Positions 42,550 through 56,775 of a stretch of DNA of 64,000 nucleotides are shown here, one piece after another. The stretch spans positions 140,120,001 to 140,184,000 of the forward strand of contig OZ024742.1 of assembly GCA_964016885.1 (NCBI GenBank), written 5' to 3'. The notes beneath the pieces were generated by a model. It ran no database searches and was not told where the DNA came from. It saw nothing but the letters and a program-made list of their open reading frames with translations. Position 1 is the stretch's first letter. The number at the start of each line of letters is the position of its first letter. This DNA is from Eledone cirrhosa (taxonomy: Eukaryota). The translations under genes and the position numbers were made by a program.

Positions 42550-42620
42550 TGTTTTATCTGATGAAAACACAAATATTATTGCATGATGATGTTTGTTTTT
42601 GAAATGCGCATAATAAAATA
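42550..42620 (+). ncRNA. Type I hammerhead ribozyme near PLE 3' end
   Basis: TGTTTTAT CTGATGA [ACAAATATTATT gcat GATGATGTTTGT] GAAA TGCGCA TA ATAAAATA. Palindromic stem III ATGCGCAT, AUA triplet. Confidence 0.9.
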
Positions 42621-42832
42621 CATGGAACTCCTTTAACCATCTTTTGATCTTATATATTATATATAAATATATGTATATATATAAATATATGTATATATAT
42701 ATATATAAATATATGTATATATAAATATATGTATATAAATATATAAATATATGTATAAATATATGTATATATATATATAAATATATGTATATATATATAA
42801 ATATATATATATGTATATATATGTATATATGT

Positions 42833-42867
<35 letters not shown>

Positions 42868-42909
42868 AATATATATAAATATATATACACATATATATAT
42901 ATATAGAGT

Positions 42910-44435
42910 ATGTGATAATAACACAAGGAGACAACAACAACAACACACACATTCAATGCCTCTCACCACCACCACAATCTTAATAAACACACAGACACAG
43001 AAAACAGGTAATGACAGTAGCACAGAAATAAGGGAAGGTAATAGGATTGAAAGGAGAAGGGAGACTATGGACAAAGAAAATAACCAAGACGAACACACAG
43101 ACACACAAAATAGAGTAGATAATAACAATGAACCAGAGGAAAGAGACAGGAGTAATAATGAGAGACATAGACACAACCATGAGGCTGTTGGTGGAAATAG
43201 AAACAACACAACTAACAATAACAATAGCACACATAAAGCAGCAGCCTGGAACTCTACTTTTTATAATCCCTCCCATAAGTCGTTCGACCTGCGATGAGTC
43301 CACACCACGACTTTACCTTTTAACAAACGCACGCAATTGCCGTCACAGGTCGATGAACAAACAGAAGCACAATTTAGTATAGCTAGATCTAAACTTAGAA
43401 ATATTATAGAACAGTATAGCAAGAAGCATAATGGAATGGAGGCCCAGCAACTGGGAGAAAAATCTGCAAATGGCTTGCGTAAGCTCATGCAGCGCTCACG
43501 TAATGGAGAGATAGCATGCTTTCCAACAGACAAGTCTGGCAGAATGTCGGTTGACAGTCTGCCAAACTACATCCAGGCAATGCAACCCCACATCACTAAC
43601 ACAAGAGAAGTAACACCACAAGAGCATGAGGATAGAGAAAAAGCCCTCAATGCCCATATGGTGATGTGGACGAATATAATGCAGCCCAACAAAAGGACTG
43701 CCAACAACTTCCAGGCCTGGAACAATGACGTGCCAGCGTTGTATGGGCTTCAAAAAGACCATAAAACGGGCAGTAACCCTGTCACGGGACCACCAACACG
43801 GCCAGTCTGTGGAGCTAACATTGCTAGTAACTACAGACTGTCCTACTTCCTCTCCCTGATCATATGCCCCATCATTGAAATGTCCCCAGATGTATGTGAC
43901 AGCACGGAGGACCTCCTCAGCAGAATCGGCAAGAGTAACCGATCTAGGGACCTAACAAATTGCATAATAGGTAGTATGGATGTTGTGTCCCTGTATCCAT
44001 CTATTGACGTGGATTTTGCTGTGGAGAAATGCGTAGAAATGATCAGTGAGAGCAATGTTGAGTTCCGTGGGATTGATACCAGTGAGCTGGGACTCCTACT
44101 TAAACTTACCTATAGTAATAATTACCTAGACGCATATGACCGTAGCAACCTGTGCCCTACAAGACCAGCAAGAGGCAGACCACCTACCATTACCTCAATG
44201 GCCAAGAAAACCGACACAGATAGATGGAACGGGTGGACCAGAGCCATACGGACACTCGAAAACCACGATGAACTAAAGAAAATGATTGCACATGCGGTGG
44301 AGGCCAGCATAAAACTAACCCTTAAGGAACATGTGTTCAAATTTAATGGAAAAACATATGCCCAAGAGGAAGGAGCAGCCATTGGTGTTAGCATTGCAGG
44401 CGACATAGCTAACTTATTCATGGTATGGTGGGACA
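42910..44435 (+). pseudogene. PLE of a different clade: N-terminal and RT region, truncated before motif C
   Basis: ORF 43337..44503 reads PTDKSG..PALYGLQKDHK..PTRPV..DSTEDLL..SMDVVSLYPSI..FKFNGKTYAQEEGAAIG..IANLFM. No YxDD follows. Confidence 0.88.
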
Positions 44436-44762
44436 GTAGACGTAATTACGGTATGTGCGCATTTCTCCTAAGTTTAATTTTACAACTAATTGTGTATGGT
44501 TGATGGTATATTTAGTCAGTTTCTACATGCTGTCGAAATGTTGGATAAATACTCGACTGAGGCCGCCGCGAAGAGGCTAAGCTCGGTTATTTGTCGGAGA
44601 TTTCCCCATAAGAGCATTTATTCTTATAGCTTGTTCTGATTGATTTTTTATATGGTTAATTATGCTAATTAGAAGAAGAAATAGTATATATTTTATTATC
44701 TGATGATTCTAAAGACATGATTTATGATATAAATATATATATATATTTATATATAAATATAT

Positions 44763-47700
44763 ATGCAAAGGTTTTATTTAAAATTGTTGGGTTACAACAA
44801 GTAAATATTTTATAACTGATATAAAGCACTCGACAAGTTTTTGGAGTATATATACGATATTAAACAAATGGAAACTATATTTATAAAACCATATTTATTT
44901 CATTATACATATTTCAGGGATACCATATTAAAAATATGGCATGCCTTCGTCAGATAAAATACAATATATAAAGTTTTATAAATAATTTTGACGTGCCATA
45001 TTATAAGCGACCATTAAATTAAGAAGCTGTCTGGGTAGTGATTTGTTTATACTTATTTAGTTATAGTGTTAAGCACAGTTAGAAAAAAGATGGAGAGAAA
45101 GAAGAAACGGAGGTAAAGAAAAAACAGAGAAATAGAGGGGAGAGAAAGAAAGGAGGAGGTGAAAAGGAACAAGGAAGAAATAAGAGAGGCAAACGAAAGC
45201 AACAGATAAATAATAATTCACCATACATATAGAAAAACTCAAGAGAGAGGGAGTACTATATATAGAGAGAAGGATAATAATTATTTAGTTATAGTGTTAA
45301 GCACAGTTAGAAAAAAGACAGAAAGAAAAAACTGGAGATAAAGAAAAAGAAAAAACGGAGAGAGAGAGGGGGGAGGAAAGGAAGAGAGAGAGAGAAAATA
45401 TAAATATATAGGAGGAAGTGAAAGAGAAACAAGAGAGAAATAGGAGAGGCAAACGAAAGCGATAGATACATAATAATTCATCATACACAAAGACAAACTC
45501 AAGAGAGAGGAGAAAGTGCTATATAGAGAGAGAAGGATATAGTTACATCTTTACGTCATGTCATATCAATTTGAATTATCAATTCATATGAAATGGATAA
45601 TAAGAATGCAAATATCGATATTCATGAATGAGACATAGATATATAGTATGAGAAAATAACATTGTTCAATAATGACCATATGTTTAGTTTAAAACTCTGA
45701 GGTCAATATGCCAAAATCTGAGATAAAACCTTCAAAAAATTACCCTATCTATAAAAATACGGAAATATATATGTATATGTACTTTCTGAAAAAAAGAGAA
45801 AAAATAGAAAATTATGTCTAACTCTAGTCAATAATATAGACATACACATGACTTCACCTGATCAACCTTATAATTTCTTGTGTTATAAAAATTTCACTGT
45901 ATATATACATAAATATATGATTAATATTCATGTTCTCACATATATGATTACCGTTTATGTATTTAATATTATGCATATCTGTAACATATACAAAACCATA
46001 CCTATATATATATATATATATGTATATATAAAATCTGTGTGAGTTTACAAGCATCTCTACGCACATATACAGACACATGAACACATAAAATAAACTCTAT
46101 AAACCTTCTATATGCATGTTAATACACATATGGCCTTTGTATAGAGATAATCAAATATCAATATATCAGCACAGAAATATCAAAACATTAAAATACTTTC
46201 AACACATTATAGAGTATCTCAGGCCCAAAACAATATGCTTCATATATTTACTACAGAAATGTACCCTTCCCATATTTTCAAACAATATATTGCAAAGTTA
46301 GTTATAAGCTATCAGAGTCAAATAACAAATAAAAACCAAAAATTATTTAACAAAAATTATTTAAAAGATTTAGAAGACCCAGTGATTCTACGGATGCCCT
46401 TATATTTAGTATAGAAATTTATCTTGCGTAAAATTTATTTAATACATTGGGAGCATATCCACTTTAGAGTAGTTTATTACATCTTTGTTTATATTTAGAA
46501 AGAAGGTTTAAAAAGAAAAAGGTGAAGGAATCAAATGATTTATCGTCAGGTTTCATATATTAACTAAATTTCTTAATTAATTATACTACATTTTAAATTT
46601 ATATTTATATTTAAACGTTGAGTTCAATCTATGTCTGCAGCAACTGAATAAATTGCTCCTTAAATTAAGGGAATTTTTGGACTTTAATATAAAGAATACC
46701 TTCTCCACACAGAGATCACATGTCTCTGATGAGGAATTAAAGGGAATTTCCTTTGAGACAATATTCCAAAACATTGAATACTCAACATTATCTCGTTTAA
46801 GTTGCCAGAGTAGGCTTGATAGCGAAGTTGAGGATTTTTTGTTTGGATCTGTGAAAGAATTCTTATGATTATTGAAGCGAAGTTTAAATTCTGTCGAGGT
46901 TGAACCAACATAGTTGAAAGAATTTAAGTTAGTTTTAACATTACAATTGTATACTACATTTTTAACTAAGCAATTGTTATTTAACGGACAGTTAGATTTA
47001 TTTCTACAGTTTCAGTTATTTAATTGAATATTGTTTGGGTTATTATTGGTATTTTGGTTAGGTTTTAAATTCCTATTATTAATTCTGTTAATATTTTGTG
47101 CTAAATTTTTGGTGGACGAGTAAGTTAATTTTATAGTATGTCTATTAAAAATTGAGTGATATTTATGTGTTCTAGGGAAGCGTTTGTCAAGAGCATTAAA
47201 GAATAGTTTAGCAATATGGGTTTTAATATTTAGTGAAAAAAGGGGGGAGGGGCAAACCATATTATATTTCTAGTTCTATTTCTTTTTCGGCTTTTGGAAT
47301 TATTGTAATGTTTTCTATTATAGTTGTTAATGTTGCTACCGTAATTAAAATTGTTATTATTTTGGTTAGTTTGCTTATTATTATCGATGTACTTAATTTT
47401 ATCACTATATCCTGCTCTAGCTAACGCTTCATTGTAATACTGTGCTTTTTCATCAAAAATATTTTTATTAGATGAAATTCTTGAAATTCGTTCTTGAACA
47501 GAGTTCACTATAGTATTTTTAACAGATCTGGGGTGATTAGAGTTAAAATTGACATAATTCAAGTTCTCATTTAGTTTGTGAAATGGATAGTGAAGACATG
47601 TGTTGAGATTTAGTGTTACATCCAGGAAATTGACTATTCTATGGTTATTCTCTATTTCTATTTTTAGATTAAGGTAATTAAAAAATTGTATAATTTGTTT

Positions 47701-48005
47701 TCTTTTTCTATTTAGTTCACAGTTATTATTTTCAATAAGTAAAAGCATGTCATCACGATATAATCCTCCGGTTACACCTGGTATTTTTCTATGCAGCGAA
47801 TTAATTATAAATAGGCCCACAAGGTCCGTTACCTGAGCTGAGTCAGATGATCCCATAGTTATGTCAAAATTATTAACTCTATCTGCCCTAGTCCATAGTT
47901 GGTTATTAAATTCTATCAATGTTTTCCTTGCTGATAATATAATGTGCATTTCATTGCTAGTTAGGTCTGTATGTTTAAATGCGTAATTTAGTGCCTTATT
48001 CAGTA
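44763..48005 (-). mobile_element. 5'-truncated PLE: RT (motifs B-E), GIY-YIG, ~1.8-kb 3' UTR, HHR
   Basis: FDITMGSSD..GGLYRDD..VNFLDVTLNL. Frameshift at the poly-C run near 47245. In-frame TGA at 47012-47014, then NCRNKSNCPL..VVY..YVGST..CDLC..CCRH ending at 46586. Confidence 0.93.
44896..44961 (-). ncRNA. Type I hammerhead ribozyme near PLE 3' end
   Basis: Reverse complement TATTTTAT CTGACGA AGGcATGCCATATT ttt AATATGGTATcCCT GAAA TA tg TA TA ATGAAATA. Stem I 8 bp, AUA triplet. Confidence 0.85.
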
Positions 48006-48614
48006 GATATAAATATGTATTTATATATATATGTAAATATATATATAAATATATATATAAATATATATATGTATTTATATAAATATATATATAAATATAT
48101 ATATAAATATAAATATATATTTATATATAAATATATATATATATTTATCATCATCATCATCGTTTAACGTCCATGTTCCACGCTTGCATGGGTTTGGACG
48201 GGAGTTTTCCCACTTGAGGCAAGAGTGGTTGTCATTGCTTGCATAGGACTGTCTGGCGGGTTTTTATAAATATATATATATATTTATATATATAAATATA
48301 TATATATATTTATATATATGTGTAGGTATGTATACTCCCTCTGATAGTTTGTAAAAATTTTACATAGATCTATAGGATATGCATACCAACACTAACATAT
48401 ATATCCTAGAAACGATCGTAAAATGATGAATTTTTTAATATAAGGAACTGTTTCTTTGTTTATTCATTATTCTATTAATTTATCTTGACTCTGTTTTCCG
48501 TTAATTTTCACCGAAAAAATTTTTTGAATACATCTTCTCTTTTCATGATATTCGGATTACATTGAGTTCTTCATACGGATTGGACACTACTGTACACTTT
48601 GGTAGATTTATCTA

Positions 48615-48675
48615 CATATATATTTATATATAAATATATATAAAAATATATGTATTTATATATATATATATATAA

Positions 48676-48745
<70 letters not shown>

Positions 48746-48790
48746 TTATATAAATTTATATATATAAATATATATAAAAATATATATATG

Positions 48791-48822
<32 letters not shown>

Positions 48823-48842
48823 AATATATATAAAAATATATG

Positions 48843-48888
<46 letters not shown>

Positions 48889-49418
48889 TATATAAAAATA
48901 TATATATGTATTTATATATGTATTTATATATATATATAAATATATATAAAAATATATATATGTATTTATATATGTATTTATATATATATATATAAATATA
49001 TATAAAAATATATATATGTATTTATATATGTATTTATATATATATATATAAATATATATAAAAATATATATATGTATTTATATATGTATTTATATATATA
49101 TATATAAATATATATAAAAATATATATATGTATTTATATATGTATTTATATATATATATATATATAAATATATATAAAAATATATATATGTATTTATATA
49201 TATATATATAAAAATATATATATGTATTTATATATGTATTTATATATATATATAAAAATATATATATGTATTTATATATAAAAATATATGTATTTATTTA
49301 TATATATATATATGTATTTATATATAAAAATATATGTATTTATTTATATATATATATATATAAATATATATAAAAATATATATATGTATTTATATATATA
49401 TATAAATATATATATATA
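48615..49418. repeat. Degenerate (TA)n with higher-order ~55-nt period
   Basis: Recurring TAAATATATATAAAAATATATATATGTATTTATATATGTATTTA units. Confidence 0.9.
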
Positions 49419-49419
49419 A

Positions 49420-49950
49420 GCAGTGGGAATTCGTGAAAGATAACCTACTGAAAGTGACAAATGAAATATGTGGTTGAACCAGGTCTCTAGGGAGAAGGGG
49501 ATTGACTTGGTGGTGGAGCAGTAGGGTGGAGGAGACAATTAAGGCTAAAAGTGAGGCATGGATAGAATGGTAGGATGGGAGAAGTAGGTAACATGACGAG
49601 GAGGCTAGGAGAGAAGCTAGATGACAAGTGTACTTTGCAAGAAGGGAAGCAGAAAATAAAAAGTTTAAGCATGTTCTGCAATGCAAGGACCAAATGCATA
49701 AGGTGTTCAGGATTGTGAGGCAGAGTGTCTGCATAATGATGGCGTAATAACCCTCACTGATGCTGAAAAAAAGGTAGCATGGAAGTGCTGGTATGAAAGA
49801 CCACTAAATGAGGAGAATGAATGGGAAGAAGATAGTCTGCCCAAAGGGGCTGGCTGTGCAAGTTAGTAGTAGTATAGTAAGTAAGGCAATCAAGGATAGA
49901 AAGACAGGAAAAGCAGCTGGACCTTCAGAGATAGTTGCCAGGATGCTGTA
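49420..49950 (+). mobile_element. Decayed RTE LINE fragment (EN-RT linker)
   Basis: Manual translation resembles TWWW..VEETIKAK..AW, RPLNEENEW and KTGKAAGPSEIV. Confidence 0.7.
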
Positions 49951-52900
49951 ATTAGGAAAGTCTGTTTTGGAACTAAGGGTTGTGACCTAGTCCTTTGACA
50001 TGTCTAGAAATGCAGTAATGCCAAATAAGAATTGACTTAGACTATGTCAACCCATCCAGCCTATGCTAGCATGAAAAATAGACATACATTTATGATTATA
50101 ATATACACATATGAACATGATTTAGTGTCTAGGGCATGGAGAAATCAGATCTATCTGTAGCTATTATTAAAAGAGCAGCTCAAAGTACCTGTACAAACTA
50201 ATATAATGGTGTTGTTTAGCACCTGGTCAACCCCTAATAAGCAGAGTTATCAACAACAGCATTCAAGCTTTGATCATTACATATTTGATTAACCTTTTTG
50301 AAACCACCCCTGGTTATGTGATACAAAGCTGTTTGCAGTGTTCATATTTAAATTTAAAACATAATTTTATGTAAGAAATTATTATTAGGCTCAAAACAAA
50401 CTTAATAATCAGAAAGTTAGTTACATTACTAAATTCTTTGAAAAATTTTACTTTCAAAATGATTAGAAATATGGGAATGAAAGGGTTAAGCAAGCCTGTC
50501 AACAAAGTCATTCAAACATTGATCATCACATCACTGTTCAAGGCTTGGTGTATCTTTGATTATATCATTCTTGATACAGTCTCTTCTTTTAAAGATGGTA
50601 AACTTGCAGGGATCAGCATGTTAAGTGACTGCATAGGTGTTCTCTGTTTCACTCATATTATAAAATGTATTCTCATGTGGCAAGGTTTGGGAATATTAAC
50701 TTGTAAAGTTTCTTTCACTAAATAATTCTGCTAATATATCACTTCTTTCTATTATCAATTTTTAACTGCTAGAACAAAATTGTATATGTGATCAATAACT
50801 ATCATTAGTTAAGTCTTCCTTCTGAAGCAATTTAACCCTTTTGATACCAAACTGCCCCTGGTTTTACAAGACAAAGCTGTTTATTTTAACAAGTTTATAT
50901 TTCCCTAAAAACCTTCCATCATAATTTTATGAATTAACCTTTCTTAAGTTATGTTCTAAACTCCAAATGAGAAACTTGGTTATATTAAAAATTCCTCTAA
51001 ATTCTTGAGTATTTTCAAACTGATTTGAAAATTATAGGCAGTGTTTTTCACTAGAAATATGTAATGAAAGGGTAAAATCTCAGGACATTGGTGGTATTTT
51101 GAGAAAAAAGATAGCAGAAAATATCATATTAATCGATTTCTGATAGAAACTTCTTCATTAGTTAGCTGGCACCTAACTAGTTTATGAGGAGGATGTAATG
51201 TTACCAGGAGACTAGGAAAAAAATGACATTAACAACCAGTATAGTTCTGAACAGAAGGAAGTAAAACTGACATAATCTGTAAAAGCAGCTAAATAGTAGC
51301 TAATTGCCCTCAAAACAAAGACATTAACTCAGAGAATTTTTCTTAAGAGTAGGAAAGAAGTGTTATCATACTGAGCTAATCAATATCTATTTGGCAAGGT
51401 TGATTTCAACACACACATACACACAAAATACATATATAGTTATAAATAAATACTATATATTGGAGTTAAGTGAGAACATTTTCAACACCTTTCTCACCTT
51501 ATGTCAGCACATAATTGCTTTCAATTCTTACTTTGGTGGCTAATTGTTCTGTAAAGGCGACATTGGATTAACTAGCTCAGTATTTGTTCTGAGTTCAAAT
51601 CTTGCCAGGGTCAACTTTTCCTTTATCCTTTCAGAATCAATAAATAAAATGCTAGTCCAAAGGTAGTGAAATGGCAGAATTATTAAAGAGTTTGACCAGA
51701 TACTTTCACTTTGTGTTATCTGATCTGTGTTCAAATCCTCTTTCTTTCTGCCTGGAGTTGTGACTGGCAGATAGTACTCGCAATGGAAAGATAACATTGA
51801 TCATATCTGATGATCAACTCCTTTCCTTTTGTTTTGGATCAAGGAGTTAAGATGTTGGGGAGAAAACTAAGATATTAGTTCTTATCAAAAGAACATGTTT
51901 GAAGCTGTAAATAATTAACTCCTAAGCTTAGGATTAACAAAAGATTATGTATAATAATAATAATAATAATAATAATTATAATGATTATTATTATTATTTA
52001 TTATAATTATTTCTTTTATTGGCTGCAAGGACAATGAGACGATTCAAGGACAAAAACAATGCAACACATAGGAGGTGGGGGAGTATAAACATCAACAAAA
52101 CCTGAATATAATGATAGTTATAATAAAATAAAAAAAAACAATAAGTCAACAGGGGTGATGTTGACTATGGTGATAATAATGATTTCATTTATTGGTGAGG
52201 AGGATTTCTATTATTGACCACAGAGGCACATGATTTTGGAGACAATACAATTTATTTTTGCATATCTAATGTGCTTAATGTTAGTTGTTTTGAAAATAAT
52301 CAAGATTTGTAGAGATTTTTGAAATATAACTAGTTTTCTCATTATTTGGTGCTTGGAACATAAAGGTTCTTACATGAAATTATGATGGAACGCTTTTAGA
52401 TAAATATAAACAGTTTTGTACCATAAAACTAGATATCAGTTTTCCTTGTACTGAATTAATTCAATAAAAAGAAAAGATTTGGAGCTGTAGACAATTAACA
52501 CCTAAGATTAGAACTAACAAGCCAGTAATGTATGTATAATAATAATCTATTGAACAGGTGGGTGTTTTCTTTTTGTATATCAAAATGATACATGAAAATT
52601 TCATTGGCTTAAGATCTTTTTCTGTAATTTAATTTATTTATTTATTTATTTTTTTTGAGAAATCCCATTCATCTTTACTCATGCAAAGATTATCTTAGCA
52701 TTCTATGAAAAATTTATTTTTACTCAAAAGTTTTTCCAAATTCTTGATTATTTTCAAAATTATTTCAAAATCATCTTGTAAATTCTTTCTTTAGAAATAT
52801 GGCAATGGAGTTAAAATTCCATGCTTAGTTGACGGCACCTGGTATGGTTAGATGCATAATTAGTTAAAAAAAATAATCAATAAGTTGGTTTGGCTATCTT

Positions 52901-54287
52901 CAATATTTTTCCCTATGTCTATTGATTTCTATTGCAACCTGACTCTGATTCTATTAACAATTAACTACCAAAAGAACAGGTCAATTGACTAGCATGGTAA
53001 GCTTAACAAAATTATTGATAGAACCACTTCTGTTTGCTGGGATATATCGAAAATATTTTGGCCTTTTGTATTCAATAATTCAATTGTAGCATCTCTCACT
53101 GTATAACAAAAGAAATTAACAATTACTGGTACACAAAGATACTTTGATGCACCACATACATACATTTATATGTAAGTGGTTAAATATAGTATCAAATCTA
53201 TTGAATTATGTATAGGGATTGTAATGTTTAAATTTGATACTTGTAAATGCTGCTACAAAACACATGCACAGGCTTTTAAAATGATATTATATATACAATG
53301 TACATAGATTAATAAACATTTTATAAATTCTGTCTGAACCATTGGTTTGATTATTATTTACTACACATTATATGTTGATTTATGTTTGTTATATAAACAA
53401 GAGAAATATTTCACATGATACTTATTGACATCACAATCATCACTACCTCTACTATCATCATTATCATCGCCACTACTATTGCCATTATCATTATCATCAC
53501 TACCTCTTCATCTTTGTCATCATCACCTTCCTTCTCATCATCACCACTACCACCACCACCACCATCATCGTCATCACTTAAAAGGATAATATTTTTGCCT
53601 GTAATTCTTTTGTACTTGCTTACAATATAGATATTTTCAAAATATCAAATACTTAGAGTTAATACGCATTAACCTATATATATATTCTAGTAGGTTCTAC
53701 TAGGTCAGGGTCATGGTAGTATGCTACTATTGCATTAGTAAAACACCTATTGAAATAGCAAGCCTCATTTAAACTAGACTCATATATCTAAAGATACCAT
53801 TCTATCAAAATTACAACTGTGTGTATTGGACCTTATCAGTTTTAACGAGTGTTCTAGTCATCTGATCAATGGAACAGCATGCTCATAAAATTAATGCACA
53901 AGTGGCTGAACAGACAGACATACCCTTAACGTAGTTCTCGGAAGATTCAACATGACACAGTGTGTGTCAATGCTGGCCCTTTGAATTACAGGCAAAACTA
54001 GTTTTTTTGGCTGAATAGACTGGAGCAATGTAAAATGAAGTGGGAGTTGAACTCATGACTTTCTGATTGCGAGTCAAACACCTAAATCTACCACATCTCC
54101 ACAACTGTCTGTATTTGTTGTTCATTTACTTGTTTATCAATTTCATTCATTAAACTCTAGCCATGCTGGGGCATGACTTTTAAGTCTTGTACTTATTTTA
54201 TCGATTTCTTTTTGTAAAGCTGCTAAGTTACAGTTTATAAACACAGACACGACTGGATATATTAACAAACACACACACATATATATT

Positions 54288-54541
54288 GTGTAGGTGTCAT
54301 GAGAAAAAACACCCATTCCACACTGTAAAGTGGTCGGATAGGCGTCCCGACGAAAGACACCCAGTCTACACTGTAAATGAGGTCGGTGTTAGGAAGGGCA
54401 TCCAGCAGTAGAAACCAAGCCAGATTCAGTTCTGTATGAACAAGACATGGTCACCTGACCTAGCATTGCCACAACAGAACAATTCGTCTAACCCATGCTA
54501 ACGTGGAAGAATGGACATAAACCGGTGACAATGATGATGAT
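54288..54541 (+). mobile_element. RTE-tail element fragment
   Basis: CACTGTAAA subrepeats, GTGTTAGGAAGGGCATCCAGC, (GAT)n end. Confidence 0.75.
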
Positions 54542-56478
54542 ATATATATATATATATGGTGGCTTTCTACAGTTTCTGCCTACCAAATTTAACTCACAAG
54601 GCATTGGTCAACTCAAGGCTATAGTAGAAGACACTTGCCCAAAGTGCCATGCTATGGGACTGAACCAAAGATCATGTTGTTGGAAAGCAAATTCCTTAAC
54701 CACATTGCCATGCCTGCACCTATTATTTTCAATAAATTTTTTAAATTATCAAGATTTGGAGGGACTTACTATTATAACTCAACATCTAGTGTTTAAGGGC
54801 ATTTTCCCTGCTAAAGTAGGAGTTAGCCTTGCAGGCCCCATGATAGGCTTCATACTCATCAGGGAGGCTTTTTTGAGACAGTGTTTTGCAGCCAAGTGGC
54901 CTTTCTGGTGTCAACCCATTTAATCATCTCTTACTACATGCAGAGCATGGTGTACCTCTTCTAAATCAGGTGCACTCAGAAATCTTTTAATGAAGCCTAT
55001 GATCAAGAATTTGGAGAGATTTAATAATACACTAATTTAAAACAACTAATTTCCTTATTATTAAGTTGGTGTTTGGATAATAACTCAACAAAACTTGTTA
55101 CAGAAAATTATAACGGCGGTTGTTTTAGTTTTTTTTCTTAGATAAATTTAATTACTTTAAAATAAACAGTTTTGTACTGCAGAACTATGGGCAGTTCCAG
55201 GTGGTTTGGTAACAAAAGGGTTAAAGGGTTAAATCATTATAATTTTAAAAAAAGAAGTAAAGTTAAGGTTTTGTTCACATTATCATACTCTTCTTTATTT
55301 ATTCCAATCTCATTGACTTGAAAATAAATTACAGCTGAATCCAAAGTTTGTACATTGATAAGATTCCAACATCATTATCATCATCTTCGTTTTTACATTT
55401 GTTTTTCAATGCTAGCATGGGTTGAACAAGACTTCTTTTTCTATTCTTGATTCCAACCCTTAATTGTTTTTGAGTAAGAAATAGATCTTTGTATGCTGAA
55501 CTGCTGAGTCATGTATTTTTTTGTTTATGTGGAATATAAACAGATACCACCACAAGCAATGTCAAGCATGAAGTTGTGAAATAGATGTGTGCACCTCAGC
55601 AAATATAGAGATGGATATACATACACACACATGTATATATACACAAACATGCACACACGCATACATGTGGCAGCATTGATCAGCAAATATAGACATGGAA
55701 TATGACATATAGACATGGAATACAGACATATCTGACATGAGGAAAATTGGTTTTCTGTGCCTTCACCTAGACACCTTATAGCACCATCAAGCTCTTTACT
55801 TACTAAATTCTATATTTGTTAAACTAATTTTATTTATATTTATTTAGTTTAATTACATCCTTTTAATTATATCGTTAATATTTAATTTAATCTAATTTAT
55901 ATTCTTTATTCAACCCCTTTTATTGTTATCCCCCCCTCGATCACTTTTACTAAGAGTGAAATTAAGTAGGTGAGGGAGATTAAAATTTGTCCTACTTCTA
56001 CCCATACCACTATTTGATAGACATACAGAAATGCATATACATTAGGACATAGAGAAACACATACACACACACACACCTTTTTCCACGTGTGTTGACTGAC
56101 TTGCACTTAAAATTCCCCGTGTTTTTCAGGTAACAATATGCTTCACCTATCTATTTATCTTTCACACACACTCCCACTATATTTCTTTCCCAATAACAAC
56201 AACCTATCATTATAGTGAGTCTATTTTTGATGTCTGTGATGCGTTGTCTAGAGGTTGGACACACACACACAAACAAGAAAATAACAACTATTTTTTTAAA
56301 TTTATTTGCTTGAAAAGTTTTAGTTAGGGAGAGCTGGAGTAATATTTCCCTCTCACTATATAGGTAGCATGACGGGGACACACATGCAAGCGTGGAAGAT
56401 AGCTGTTAATCGATGATGACTGATTAAGAAGCGTACTAAGCAGCTAAAGTGTATGATAAAGTTATATATGCATGTATG

Positions 56479-56509
<31 letters not shown>

Positions 56510-56706
56510 GAATGGGTAACTGAGACAGTGCCAATGTGTATATACACATTTTTAATATATAGACATGTAAACATGCCAGAAATATGAATTTTCCTGTAAA
56601 TTGAAAATCATGATACATAACTTTAATCAATTTTCAGGCCTAGTTAGGTCTTCATCAGGTGTGTATATCATCTAAACAACCACAAGGAAACACGTATTTG
56701 ATGGGG

Positions 56707-56775
<69 letters not shown>

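Larger units (their letters stand above)
38279..42655 (+). mobile_element. 5'-truncated PLE with ~1.9-kb inverted duplication of its 3' part
   Basis: 38368-40267 mirrors 40542-42655 almost exactly (the right arm has an extra ~220-bp tandem duplication at ~42020-42460). Both ends lie in TA. Confidence 0.92.

Noticed and set aside
42499-43303. Hydrophobic minus-strand ORFs (243 aa, 107 aa)
   Set aside because: Antisense of A-rich PLE sequence plus TA repeat
44690-44735. CTGATGA near a TA boundary as an HHR
   Set aside because: No GAAA or stem III follows
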